Source of the DNA: a virus
Lineage: Duplodnaviria > Caudoviricetes
DNA length: 45,850 nucleotides
Reading direction: 5' to 3' (one strand)
IMG/VR virus record: IMGVR_UViG_3300037420_001608
Span: 1-45,850 of that record
The translations under genes were made by a program, and so were the position numbers. Positions 1 through 8,985 of this stretch are shown in pieces. Within the stretch, counting starts at the first letter, position 1; each line of letters opens with the position of its first letter. The notes beneath the pieces were generated by a model. That model made no database searches. It was not told where the DNA came from and saw nothing but the letters and a program-made list of their open reading frames with translations.

Positions 1-573
1 GATGCCCTCTCCGAGCTGCTGCTTGAGGCTGTCGGCCGACGAGAGTGTGCTGCGTCGGGCATCCATCCACGACCCGATCTGGGACGGCAGCGTGGAGTTG
101 TGGCGTTCGATGGTTTTCTGGATGATCCCGAGGACTGTTTCGACGTAGTCCGCCTGGTCTTTGCCCCATCGACGGACGTCTTCGGGCGGTGTACCGGCCG
201 GGAACGTATTCGTGAATGTGATGGTGTGCTCGACACGGAACCAGCGGCCGTCGTCGTCCACGACCTTGGCCGTAACGTTCTGAGGGCCCACCAGTCCCAT
301 CGGCGCCAGTCCGAACAGCCGAGCATTTCCCTCGAATGGGATCACGAGACGCACCTCATTGGTGGTCCCTCCATCGTGCACGTCGAACTGCGCCTGCTCG
401 CGCAGAAGCCGCAGCGGTTGGCACTTGAATCTCTCGACGAGGCCCTCGAGTCTCTCCGGCGCAACCTCGTCCGCATCCATCTGCGCGACGTTCGCGGCAG
501 CCCGCTGGACCGCCGCTTCGAGATCGCTTTCAAGTCGCTGGCCGGCGAAGAGTCTTGTGGTGGTGCTGCCCAT
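1..573 (-). CDS. Antisense accessory gene, 3' end beyond the window edge (at least 191 aa, MGSTTTRLFAGQRLESDLEAAVQRAA...VRLVIPFEGNARLFGLAP...QQLGEGI)
   Basis: Hand translation: ATG at 573 with GGGAG RBS, open to position 1. Not in the ORF track because it has no stop. Codon usage is less GC-biased than core genes. Confidence 0.75.
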   Translation of the reverse strand, partial: MGSTTTRLFAGQRLESDLEAAVQRAAANVAQMDADEVAPERLEGLVERFKCQPLRLLREQAQFDVHDGGTTNEVRLVIPFEGNARLFGLAPMGLVGPQNVTAKVVDDDGRWFRVEHTITFTNTFPAGTPPEDVRRWGKDQADYVETVLGIIQKTIERHNSTLPSQIGSWMDARRSTLSSADSLKQQLGEGI

Positions 574-615
574 GGATCTCCCTGTGTTGAGTCCGACGAT
601 GACGCGGGAGTAGCG

Positions 616-2169
616 ATGGTCCTCAGTGTCGCGCTCGGTGGTGACAATGGCTGGCTCGAACACGCCGCGCGCGCCTTCGAGCCCCGCAGCAACCGGTGGC
701 CCACCCCCGGCGCCCTCGCACAGCAGCTCAACCCCAAGACGATCCAGACGCCCGCGCTCGACCTCATCGACGCCGCGCTCGTCGACGCCGCCCGCACCCC
801 CGACAGCCGGCTCATCATCTGCATGGCCCCCCAAGAGGGCAAGAGCGTCCGCGTCGCCGGCGACTTCCCCACCTGGCTCCTCACCGAGAACCCCGACTGC
901 CGGATCGTCACCGCCTCATACGGGCAGTCCCTCGCCAACCGCAACGGCCGAGCCATCCGCAACCGCATCACCGCCCACCCCGAGCTCGAACTGCGCATCG
1001 CACCCGACAACGGCGCCGTCCACGAATGGACCATCGACGGCCACGAAGGCGGCGTCCTCTCCGTTGGTGTCGGCGCCGGCGTCACCGGCCGCCCCGCGGA
1101 CCTGCTCATCATCGACGACCCGATCAAGGACCGGAAAGAAGCCGACTCCAAGGTCTACCGCGACAACGTGTGGGACTGGTGGACCGACGCCGCGTCCGCC
1201 CGTCTCGCCCCGGGTGCCCCCGTCGTGCTCATCCTCACCCGCTGGCACCACGACGACCTCGCCGGCCGGCTCCTCGCCCAAGACGAGGGCTGGCAGCTGC
1301 TGAACATCCCCGCGCAGGCCGACCACAACCCCGACAAGGGCGAGACCGACCCCCTCGACCGCGAGCCGGGCGAGTTCATGGTCTCCGCCCGCGGCCGCAC
1401 CACCGCCCAGTGGGAGAAGCGGAAGCGCACCGCCGGCTCTCGCACCTGGGCGTCGCTGTACCAAGGCCGGCCCACCCCGGACACCGGGAACCTGTTCCCC
1501 GCCGACGGGTGGGCCCGATACGACCGGCCACTCTGGATCGTTCGCGGCGACGGCGCGCGGATCATCCCCGAGGCCGGCCGCGACCCCGACATCGAGCTCG
1601 TGCAGTCGTGGGACTTCGCGTTCAAGGACACGAAGAGCAGCGACTTCGTCGTCGGGCAGGTGTGGCTCCGCCGCGGCACCCGCATCTACCTGCTCGACCA
1701 GGTCCGGCGACGCGCAGGGTTCTCCGAGTCATGCCAGATGATGCTCGACCTCACCGCGCGCTGGCCGCAGGCGATCCTCAAACTCGTCGAGGACAAGGCC
1801 AACGGACCCGCGATCCTCAACGCGCTCCGGTCGAAGGTCGGCGGGCTCATCCCGGTCGAGCCCGAAGGGTCGAAGTACGCCCGCGCGGCCGCGATCACCC
1901 CGCTCGTCGAGGCCGGCGACGTCGTCCTCCCTGATCCGATGGCGCCGCTGCTGCTCGACGAGGAAGGCCAGTCCACCGTCGCGTGGGTGGTCGATCTCAC
2001 CGAGGAGGCCAGGGACTTCCCGAACGGCGCGCACGACGACACCGTCGACGGCACATCGCAGGCGGCCCACCGGCTGCTGCTCGTGCCGATCCTCGACGAC
2101 GAGATGCACGACGTCGAGGACCTCTTCGAGGACGAAGACACCGGCCTCGCCTGGGCCGCGAACTACTGA
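616..2169 (+). CDS. terL: Terminase large subunit
   Basis: Walker A-like MAPQEGKS, Walker B LIIDDP, coupling LTRWH, nuclease SWDFAFK...VEDKANG...HDDTVD. Start moved from 100 to ATG 616, which has a GGGAG RBS. Confidence 0.95.
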   Translation: MVLSVALGGDNGWLEHAARAFEPRSNRWPTPGALAQQLNPKTIQTPALDLIDAALVDAARTPDSRLIICMAPQEGKSVRVAGDFPTWLLTENPDCRIVTASYGQSLANRNGRAIRNRITAHPELELRIAPDNGAVHEWTIDGHEGGVLSVGVGAGVTGRPADLLIIDDPIKDRKEADSKVYRDNVWDWWTDAASARLAPGAPVVLILTRWHHDDLAGRLLAQDEGWQLLNIPAQADHNPDKGETDPLDREPGEFMVSARGRTTAQWEKRKRTAGSRTWASLYQGRPTPDTGNLFPADGWARYDRPLWIVRGDGARIIPEAGRDPDIELVQSWDFAFKDTKSSDFVVGQVWLRRGTRIYLLDQVRRRAGFSESCQMMLDLTARWPQAILKLVEDKANGPAILNALRSKVGGLIPVEPEGSKYARAAAITPLVEAGDVVLPDPMAPLLLDEEGQSTVAWVVDLTEEARDFPNGAHDDTVDGTSQAAHRLLLVPILDDEMHDVEDLFEDEDTGLAWAANY

Positions 2170-2186
2170 CCTGAGGAGGAGGCGAC

Positions 2187-3728
2187 GTGACCGTTCAGAC
2201 CCGCGATGCCGCCGACCTCGAGCTGCTGGAGATGATCCTCGAGGAGGCCATGGCCGACCCCTCCGTGGCCGGCATATTCGCCCGCGAAGACATCGGCTGG
2301 GCCCGCATCGACGGCCTCGACGACGGCGAAGTCATCTCCCGCGACGTCCTGGTCCGTGAGGCGCGCCGCGCCCGCGTCATGTCGATCGCGGACCCGCTCA
2401 TCCGCCGCGCCGTCAGCCTGGGCATCGCCTACGTCTACGGGCAGGGCTGCACCATCCAGGCCGCGCAGGAGGACGACGCGGAGCAGGACCTCAACGCCGT
2501 CGTCCAAGGCTTCCTCGACGACGAGTCGAACATCGAGACGTTCACCGGTCAGCAGGCCAGCGAGGAACGCGAGCGGAAGCTCAAGACCGACGGCAACACG
2601 TTCCACGCGCTCCCCACGAACCCGGTCACCGGTCGCGTGCAGGTCCGGTCGATCCCGTTCCGCGAGGTCGTCGACATCATCACCGACCCCGAGGACGCCG
2701 CCACCCCGTGGTTCTACAAGCGGGTCTACGTCGCCCAGGTCGTCGAGCCCGGCACACTGCCCGGCTCGACCCGCACCCGCCGCGAGACCCGAACGGTCTA
2801 CTACCCGGCCCTCGGGTACCGCCCGAAGCAGCGGCCGAAAACCCTCGACGGCAAGACCATCGAGTGGTTCACGCCCGTCGTGCACACCGCGGTCAACCGC
2901 GTCGACGGCTCGAAGTGGGGCGCCCCCGACCTGCTCGCCGCGCTGCCCTGGGCGCTCGGCTACAAGGACTTCCTCGAGGATTGGGCCCGGCTCGTCAAGG
3001 CCCTGTCGAGGTTCGCGTTCCGCGCCACCGCCCGCGGCCGCAACTCCGCGACCGTCCGCGGCCGTCTCGAGGCCGCGCCCACCGGCGACGCCGGAGTCGG
3101 CGCGACCGTCGTCACGGGCGAGAACCAGAAGTTCGAGGCCATCGGCAAGTCCGGCGCCACCATCGACTCCGGCTCTGGGCGTCCTCTGGCCGCCATGGTC
3201 GCCTCGGCAACGGACGTCCCGGTCACGATGCTCTTGGCCGACCCGGGCGTCACGGGTGCGCGCGCGACCGCGGAAACGCTCGACCAGCCGCTGCAGCTCG
3301 TGGTCCGCGCGAGGCAGGCTGTGCACGCGCACCTGATGCGACGCGTCCTCGACTACGTCATCGACCAGGCCATCAAGGCGCCGCAGGGGCCGCTGAAGGG
3401 CACCGTCCGCATCGACCGGGTCACCGGCCGTGAGGTTGTCGCGCTGGCAGGCGAGCAGGAGCGGTCGGTCACGGTCACGTGGCCGAAGATCGACAAGGTG
3501 CCGGTCGAGACGCTGGTCAAGGCCATCGTCGAGGCCGACGGCACGCAGAAGCTGCCGCCGCTCGTGGTGGCCCGTCTGCTGCTGATCGCGCTCGACGTGG
3601 AGGATGTCGACGATGTGCTCGCTGATCTCGTCGACGAGAACGGCGACTTCGTCTACCCGGACGACGCGGCCGCGGCCCGCAAGGCCATGGACGCCATCAG
3701 CCGCGGGGACCTCCCGCCGGAAGCCTGA
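2187..3728 (+). CDS. Portal protein
   Basis: 513 aa directly after terL, GAGGAGG RBS, portal-like features (DGNTF, KWGAPDLLAAL). Confidence 0.85.
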   Translation: MTVQTRDAADLELLEMILEEAMADPSVAGIFAREDIGWARIDGLDDGEVISRDVLVREARRARVMSIADPLIRRAVSLGIAYVYGQGCTIQAAQEDDAEQDLNAVVQGFLDDESNIETFTGQQASEERERKLKTDGNTFHALPTNPVTGRVQVRSIPFREVVDIITDPEDAATPWFYKRVYVAQVVEPGTLPGSTRTRRETRTVYYPALGYRPKQRPKTLDGKTIEWFTPVVHTAVNRVDGSKWGAPDLLAALPWALGYKDFLEDWARLVKALSRFAFRATARGRNSATVRGRLEAAPTGDAGVGATVVTGENQKFEAIGKSGATIDSGSGRPLAAMVASATDVPVTMLLADPGVTGARATAETLDQPLQLVVRARQAVHAHLMRRVLDYVIDQAIKAPQGPLKGTVRIDRVTGREVVALAGEQERSVTVTWPKIDKVPVETLVKAIVEADGTQKLPPLVVARLLLIALDVEDVDDVLADLVDENGDFVYPDDAAAARKAMDAISRGDLPPEA

Positions 3729-3731
3729 CGC

Positions 3732-4787
3732 GTGGCCATCTCGAAGCGCACCCTCCGCCTTCTCGCCGGCATGCGCATCCAGATCGACCGCAACGTCGAC
3801 GCCACCACCGCCGAACTCACCCGCGCCTGGGCCACCGCCTGGAACGAGATCGCCCCCGAATGGCAGGCCGCGATCGACGAGCTGATCGGCATGGGCAACG
3901 ACGGGAAGTGGCCGACCCGCCGCCAGGTGCTCCGCGCCGAACGAGCCGCCCGAGCGCTCGAGCTCACCCGCGACGCGCTCGACGACCTCGCGAAGACCTC
4001 CGGCGTCACCATCACCAAGGTGCTGCCCGATGTCGTCGACCTGACCGACACCATCCACCGGCAGCTCATCGCCTCGCAGTACCCCGCGCAGGCCGGCACG
4101 CAGGCGACGCTCACCGCGTCGTTCGCGCAGGTCGACCCGAAGGCCGCGGCCGCGATCGTGAAGCGCACCACCCAGCAGGTCACGTCCCTGACCCGGCCGC
4201 TGTCCGCCAATGCTGCTCAGGCGATGAAGTCCAGCCTCATAAGGGGCATCCTCGTCGGCGAGAACCCGAACAAGGCCGCCTCCCGAATGCTGTCCCGGGT
4301 GCAGGGCGACTTCGACGGCGGCCTCACCCGGGCGAAGGTCATTGCCCGCACCGAGATCCTCGACGCTCACCGCGAGGCTGGCCTCGAGTCCGACAAGGCG
4401 AATGCGGCCGTGCTCGGCGGGTGGGAGTGGATCAGCGCCCTCGACAAGCGCACCTGCCCGTCCTGCTGGGCACAGCACGGCACCCGCCACCCGGTCACCG
4501 AGGCTGGCCCGCTCGACCACCAGCAGGGCCGCTGCTCACGGCTGCCGGTCACGAAGTCGTGGCGCGAGCTCGGGTTCGACATGGACGAGCCGGAGTCGCT
4601 GCTGCCCGACGCGGAGACCATGTTCCGGGCGCTGCCGAAGGCTGACCAGGTCGCGATCATGGGCAAGGCCCGGCTGGACCTGCTCGACAACGGCAACGCC
4701 TCGTGGGGCGACCTGTCCCGGCGGCGCGCTACAGACGGGTGGCGTGACAGTTTCGCGCCGACCCCGGTGTCAGACCTCGCCTCGTAG
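3732..4787 (+). CDS. MuF/SPP1 gp7-like minor head protein
   Basis: IARTE...WISALDKRTCPSC...DHQQGRCS motif. Confidence 0.88.
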   Translation: MAISKRTLRLLAGMRIQIDRNVDATTAELTRAWATAWNEIAPEWQAAIDELIGMGNDGKWPTRRQVLRAERAARALELTRDALDDLAKTSGVTITKVLPDVVDLTDTIHRQLIASQYPAQAGTQATLTASFAQVDPKAAAAIVKRTTQQVTSLTRPLSANAAQAMKSSLIRGILVGENPNKAASRMLSRVQGDFDGGLTRAKVIARTEILDAHREAGLESDKANAAVLGGWEWISALDKRTCPSCWAQHGTRHPVTEAGPLDHQQGRCSRLPVTKSWRELGFDMDEPESLLPDAETMFRALPKADQVAIMGKARLDLLDNGNASWGDLSRRRATDGWRDSFAPTPVSDLAS

Positions 4788-4916
4788 CTCCCTCGGCGTC
4801 TCCATCGTCAGGGCGCCGCAACGCGTGCACTCGTACTCGATGAGTGACCCCTCGTTGTCGAGGGTCACACCGGTCATCGACCAGACGTGCTCAACGCACT
4901 CAGGCTCCGCGCTCAT
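4770..4916 (-). CDS. 48-aa putative Zn-binding protein (MSAEPECVEHVW...YECTRCGALT...)
   Basis: CxxH and CxxC pairs; its ATG overlaps the TGA of the upstream minus-strand ORF (ATGA). Confidence 0.65.
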   Translation of the reverse strand: MSAEPECVEHVWSMTGVTLDNEGSLIEYECTRCGALTMETPRELRGEV

Positions 4917-5068
4917 GAACGGCTCGACACGCTCGACCATCCGCACGATGAGCAGAGCAGCACTGGGGCGGACTTCTCGTTGCCGTCCTCGTCCTTGGTG
5001 ATGAATTCGCCGCCGGTATCCGACACCGTCTCTCGCCCGCACTGAGGGCACTGCTGCTCCTGAGGCAC
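4913..5068 (-). CDS. 51-aa Zn-ribbon protein (MPQEQQCPQCGRETVSDTGGEFITKDEDGNEKSAPVLLCSSCGWSSVSSRS)
   Basis: Hand translation, below the ORF-track cutoff; CPQC...CSSC; GACAGT -10-like hexamer 6 nt before the GTG (leaderless). Confidence 0.65.
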   Translation of the reverse strand: MPQEQQCPQCGRETVSDTGGEFITKDEDGNEKSAPVLLCSSCGWSSVSSRS

Positions 5069-5102
5069 CCGTCAACTGTCCCACGACCAGGAGGTCGACA
5101 CC

Positions 5103-6413
5103 ATGCCGAAGAGCATCCGAGAGTCACGGCCCGTCGCCGTGACCGTGGCCGACTCGGGCAAGTCAGGGCGGCTACAGGTCGGCCTCATCACCCCCGGCTG
5201 GGGCTCCAGCGGCTACTACTCCGCGAAGGTCCTCGAGAACGCCGCCGCCGCGAAGGTGTTCCCCGCCGGCACCCAGATGTTCCTCGACCACCCCGGCGAG
5301 CACGAGGCCTACGACCGGCCCGAGCGGTCCGTCCGAGACCTCGCCGCCGTCCTCACAGAGGACGCGACGTGGGACGGAGAGCGGCTCTCGTCCGAGGTGC
5401 AGGTCTTCGGCCCGTTCGTCGAGATGCTCACCGACGAGAACTTCGCGCAGGCGATCGGCGTCTCGATCCGGGCGCTGGCGGAGGTCACCACCGGTGAGGC
5501 CGAGGGTCGCAAGGGCCGCATCGTGTCCGAGCTCGTCGAGGCCGAGTCCGTCGACTTTGTCACGAAGGCCGGCCGCGGCGGATCCATCCTCGCCGTGCTC
5601 GAGTCCGCCCGGCCCGCAGCGGTCGTCGAGCGCGCTGTCGCGCACGGCGTCTCGGAGGCGACCGCGAACGACACCCGCGAGGCTCTCGCGCAGGCGCTCC
5701 GTGAGGAGTTCGGCGGCGAGAAGTCGTGGGTCTGGGTCCGTGACTTCGACGACGCCACCGTCTGGTTCGAGTGGGAGACGCCCGACGAGGCCGGCACCTA
5801 CGCGATGAGCTACCAGATGGGCGACGACGGCGCCGTCACGATCGATCCCGCCTCGCGGGTCGAGGTACGAGCCCGCACCGAGTACGTGCCCGTCAAGGCC
5901 GCCGAAAGCGGCCCACGAGATGTCCCGGCACCGGCCGGACAGCCCAACACCCACACCCCCAAGTCCGAGGAGGACAACATGGGACAGATCCAGGTGGACG
6001 AGGCGCAGCACGCGTCCCTCACCGAGGCCGCCGGCCGGGTGCCCACGCTCGAGGCCGAGCGTGACGCCGCCAACCAGCGCGCCGACGTCGCCGAGCGCAA
6101 CCTGCGCGACCGCGACAACCGCGACGCCGCCGGCGTCGTCATCGACGCCCAGGCCCGCGAGGCCAGCGTCACGTTCACCGCGCTCGAGCGCCGGGGTCTG
6201 CTCGCCAGCCTCCCGGTCACCGAGTCCGGCGAGCTCGACGAGGCCGCCTACACGGAGACCGTGAAGACCGCGGCCGCCGAGAAGGCGCAGGAGGCCGGCG
6301 CCGGCAGCATCCGCGGCTTCGGCTCCACCATCAGCGAGAACAGCTCGGACGTCGTCAAGGAGGCCGAGAAGGCCGCCGCCGGCGCGTTCGGCCGACAGGT
6401 CAAGGAGGCCTGA
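5103..6413 (+). CDS. Capsid maturation protease / scaffold fusion
   Basis: AGGAGG RBS; protease-like FLDHP, IGVSI and SVDFVTKAGRGG motifs; Ala/Glu-rich helical C-terminus. Confidence 0.8.
   Translation: MPKSIRESRPVAVTVADSGKSGRLQVGLITPGWGSSGYYSAKVLENAAAAKVFPAGTQMFLDHPGEHEAYDRPERSVRDLAAVLTEDATWDGERLSSEVQVFGPFVEMLTDENFAQAIGVSIRALAEVTTGEAEGRKGRIVSELVEAESVDFVTKAGRGGSILAVLESARPAAVVERAVAHGVSEATANDTREALAQALREEFGGEKSWVWVRDFDDATVWFEWETPDEAGTYAMSYQMGDDGAVTIDPASRVEVRARTEYVPVKAAESGPRDVPAPAGQPNTHTPKSEEDNMGQIQVDEAQHASLTEAAGRVPTLEAERDAANQRADVAERNLRDRDNRDAAGVVIDAQAREASVTFTALERRGLLASLPVTESGELDEAAYTETVKTAAAEKAQEAGAGSIRGFGSTISENSSDVVKEAEKAAAGAFGRQVKEA
5979..6413 (+). CDS. Probable nested in-frame scaffolding protein
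   Basis: Internal GAGGAGG-acaac-ATG in frame after a Pro-rich linker. Confidence 0.6.
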   Translation: MGQIQVDEAQHASLTEAAGRVPTLEAERDAANQRADVAERNLRDRDNRDAAGVVIDAQAREASVTFTALERRGLLASLPVTESGELDEAAYTETVKTAAAEKAQEAGAGSIRGFGSTISENSSDVVKEAEKAAAGAFGRQVKEA

Positions 6414-6416
6414 GCC

Positions 6417-6749
6417 ATGGCGACCAACACGAAGTTCGAGGACGGCGACTACCTGTCCCTCCCGGTCCCCGCGGACCACGCGTCCGGGGCACCCGTCAAG
6501 ATCGGCGGCCTCAACGGCGTCACCCAGACGGCCGAGGGTGAGGGCGGCAACGCCGACGGCTTCGCCTCCGTGATGCTCAAGGGCGTCCACAACATCACCG
6601 TCACGGGCGCCGTCGCGGCCGTCGGTGACCCGGTGTACATCACGACCGGCCACGCCGTGAACGTGACGAACACCAACCAGCTCTTCGGTTACGCGCTCGC
6701 CACCAAGGGCGCGACCGCCGGAGTCATCCCCGTCCGCCTGAGCAACTGA
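6417..6749 (+). CDS. Capsid decoration/cement protein (DUF2190-like)
   Basis: 110 aa, Gly/Ala/Val-rich, AVGDPVY motif, just before the capsid gene. Confidence 0.8.
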   Translation: MATNTKFEDGDYLSLPVPADHASGAPVKIGGLNGVTQTAEGEGGNADGFASVMLKGVHNITVTGAVAAVGDPVYITTGHAVNVTNTNQLFGYALATKGATAGVIPVRLSN

Positions 6750-6760
6750 GGAGCTCGACC

Positions 6761-7927
6761 ATGACCATCCTGCAGCTGGCCGAGTCCTTCGGCCTCACGG
6801 AGGACGGTGCCCTCAAGGGCACCACCAACGAGGCGCACCGGCGCCTCACCCCGGCCCGCGCCAAGGCCCTCGCCGAGGCGTCCGAGCTCTGGGGCAAGGC
6901 GTGGGGCGGCGACCGCCTCGCGGCCCTGCTCGTCAACGAGGCGCTCACCACGAGCGACCTGTTCGTCTCCGCGACCGGCGACCTGCTCGACCGGGAGCTT
7001 CTCGCCTCGTACGGCGACCAGGCGAAGACGTGGACCGAGTACGCCACGCCCAGCACGGTGCGCAACTTCAAGCCGAAGAAGCTCATCGACATCATGGGCG
7101 GCCGCACCCGCCTCGACCTGGTGCCGGAGCGCACGGAGTACCCGGGCGCCGAGCACTCGACGAACGAGTTCTCCATCTCCGTCAAGAAGTTCGGTCGCCG
7201 GTTCGGCTACTCGTGGGAGGCGTCGATCAACGACGACATCGACGAGCTGCGCCAGATCCCCGGCCGCTTCGCCGAGGCCGCCAGCCTGACGGAGGACTAC
7301 GCCGCCCTCGAGGCCCTCGTCACCAGCTCGACCGGTGCGCCGCTCGCGTCGTACTTCAAGAGCTACGACGCGACCGCGGCCGGGGCGCTCGGCTACGCGG
7401 CGTTCGACAACAGCTCGACCGCCGCGCTCACGTCGGCCGCCGTGCAGGCCGGCATCGAGTCGATCAGCACTCGCCGCGACGACGAGGGCAACCTGCTGCC
7501 TGTCGGCGGCGGCATCGTGCTCATGGTGGGTCCGGCGCTGCAGTTCACCGCCGAGCGCATCCTCAACGCCACGATGGTGCGCACGACCTCCGGCTCCAAG
7601 TCGGTGGACGAGCCGAACCCGCTCAAGGGCAAGGTTCGCCTCGTCGTGAACCCGCTCCTGGTCGGGCTCGCGTGGTTCCTGCTGCCCGACCCGCGCAGCG
7701 CGCGCCCCGCCCTCGCGGTCGCGCGTCTCGCCGGCTTCGACACCCCGGACCTCCGGGTCGCGTCGAACACCGGCAAGCGTGTCGGCGGCGGCGACGTCGA
7801 CCCCGGTGAGGGCGACTTCGACACGGACTCGGTGTACTACCGCGTCCGTCACGTCGCGGGCGGCGCGGCGCTCGACCCGATCCACACCTACGGGTCGACC
7901 GGCGCCACCGGCACCCCGGGCGTCTGA
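6761..7927 (+). CDS. Major capsid protein (Mu gpT-like, HK97 fold)
   Basis: TTSDLF, VRNFKP, KKFGRRFGYSWEASINDD, DFDTDSVYYRVRH motifs; size and position. Confidence 0.9.
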   Translation: MTILQLAESFGLTEDGALKGTTNEAHRRLTPARAKALAEASELWGKAWGGDRLAALLVNEALTTSDLFVSATGDLLDRELLASYGDQAKTWTEYATPSTVRNFKPKKLIDIMGGRTRLDLVPERTEYPGAEHSTNEFSISVKKFGRRFGYSWEASINDDIDELRQIPGRFAEAASLTEDYAALEALVTSSTGAPLASYFKSYDATAAGALGYAAFDNSSTAALTSAAVQAGIESISTRRDDEGNLLPVGGGIVLMVGPALQFTAERILNATMVRTTSGSKSVDEPNPLKGKVRLVVNPLLVGLAWFLLPDPRSARPALAVARLAGFDTPDLRVASNTGKRVGGGDVDPGEGDFDTDSVYYRVRHVAGGAALDPIHTYGSTGATGTPGV

Positions 7928-7946
7928 CCGGTCGCTGTCTCTGCCG

Positions 7947-7974
7947 CTCGAGCCCATCTCTCCCGGGGGCTCGA
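7947..7974 (+). terminator. Hairpin after the capsid gene
   Basis: TCGAGCCC...GGGCTCGA inverted repeat; no U-tract. Confidence 0.4.
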
Positions 7975-8019
7975 ACGGCGGGGTGAACGACCAGCACCAG
8001 CCCACCGAGCGGAGGACCC

Positions 8020-8391
8020 ATGGCCATCGACTACACACAGCCCATCGGCCAGGTGCGGCTCCTCACCTCCGACCTCACCGAAGGCGACTTCCTCCTCGAG
8101 GACGACGTAATCACTGGCTACCTCGCCCTCAACAGCGACAACGTCCGCCGTGCCGCAGCCGACGCCCTCGACGCCATCGCCTCCTCGGAGACGCTGGTAT
8201 CCAAGGCGATCCGCACGCAGGACCTCGCAACCGACGGCGCGAAGGTCGCCGACTCGCTCCGCAAGCACGCCGCGACGCTGCGCGCCCAGGCGGACGACGC
8301 CGACGACGACGGGTTCGTCTTCGAGATCGTGCCGCCCGCCACCGGGTGCCGGCCGGAGCTCACCGAGTACCCGTCCGTGTGGGGCTTGTGA
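8020..8391 (+). CDS. Head-to-tail adaptor
   Basis: GQVRLLTSD...VRRAAADALDAIASSE...TQDLATDGAKVA, typical of actinophage adaptors. Confidence 0.8.
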   Translation: MAIDYTQPIGQVRLLTSDLTEGDFLLEDDVITGYLALNSDNVRRAAADALDAIASSETLVSKAIRTQDLATDGAKVADSLRKHAATLRAQADDADDDGFVFEIVPPATGCRPELTEYPSVWGL

Positions 8392-8819
8392 TGCCGTTCC
8401 CCAAGACACGCGTCATCCCGGAGGGCTGGTCCCGGCACCACGCCGCGGCCGCCCGTGGCGGCATGAACGCGACCGTGACGGTCGGCGCGGAGACCGGCAC
8501 CACCACCGTCGACGACGACGTCATCCCCACCTACTCCACCGAGTACGACGGCCCGGCCCGCGTGCAGGCACTCAACGACGCGCAGCAGGCGCAGCAGGCG
8601 GCCCAGGTCATCCACGGCCGCGCCTACCTGGTGCAGCTCGACTTCGACGCCTACGGCATCACCCCGGGCATGCGCTGCCACGTCGAGACCGCGGTCAACG
8701 ATGACGACCTGATCGGGCAGGACCTGTGGGTCGTTGACCCGCAGCTCGGGTCGGAGCGGTTCACCCGCGACCTCGTCTGCTCGGACAACCAGACCGACGC
8801 GCCTGCGGTCGCACCCTGA
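8391..8819 (+). CDS. Head-to-tail stopper (DUF6093-like)
   Basis: TGATG coupling; YDGPARVQ motif; position. Confidence 0.7.
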   Translation: MPFPKTRVIPEGWSRHHAAAARGGMNATVTVGAETGTTTVDDDVIPTYSTEYDGPARVQALNDAQQAQQAAQVIHGRAYLVQLDFDAYGITPGMRCHVETAVNDDDLIGQDLWVVDPQLGSERFTRDLVCSDNQTDAPAVAP

Positions 8820-8821
8820 CC

Positions 8822-8953
8822 TGTGGCTGGGGCGTCAACACGTCCCCGGGAACCGCTCTCGGCGCGGTGGCACACCTGACGTGAAGGCGGATCGGGGAGT
8901 CCATCCCGGGTCCTTTCGCTCCCTGCTATGAGCCGACCTGCGCCCCAGCCACA
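8822..8953. ncRNA. Putative structured non-coding RNA element
   Basis: Perfect 13-bp closing stem TGTGGCTGGGGCG/CGCCCCAGCCACA enclosing several internal complementary segments. Confidence 0.45.
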
Positions 8954-8985
8954 TCCACCAGCTGATCTGCTCGAGGAGGCCCGTG

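Noticed and set aside
100-615. N-terminal 172 aa of the 689-aa terminase ORF
   Set aside because: Shadow of a minus-strand gene; terminase-like sequence and a good RBS begin at 616
8822-8953. SAM-IV riboswitch or hammerhead/HDV ribozyme assignment
   Set aside because: Only scattered short matches; conserved cores could not be assembled by eye, so it is left unassigned
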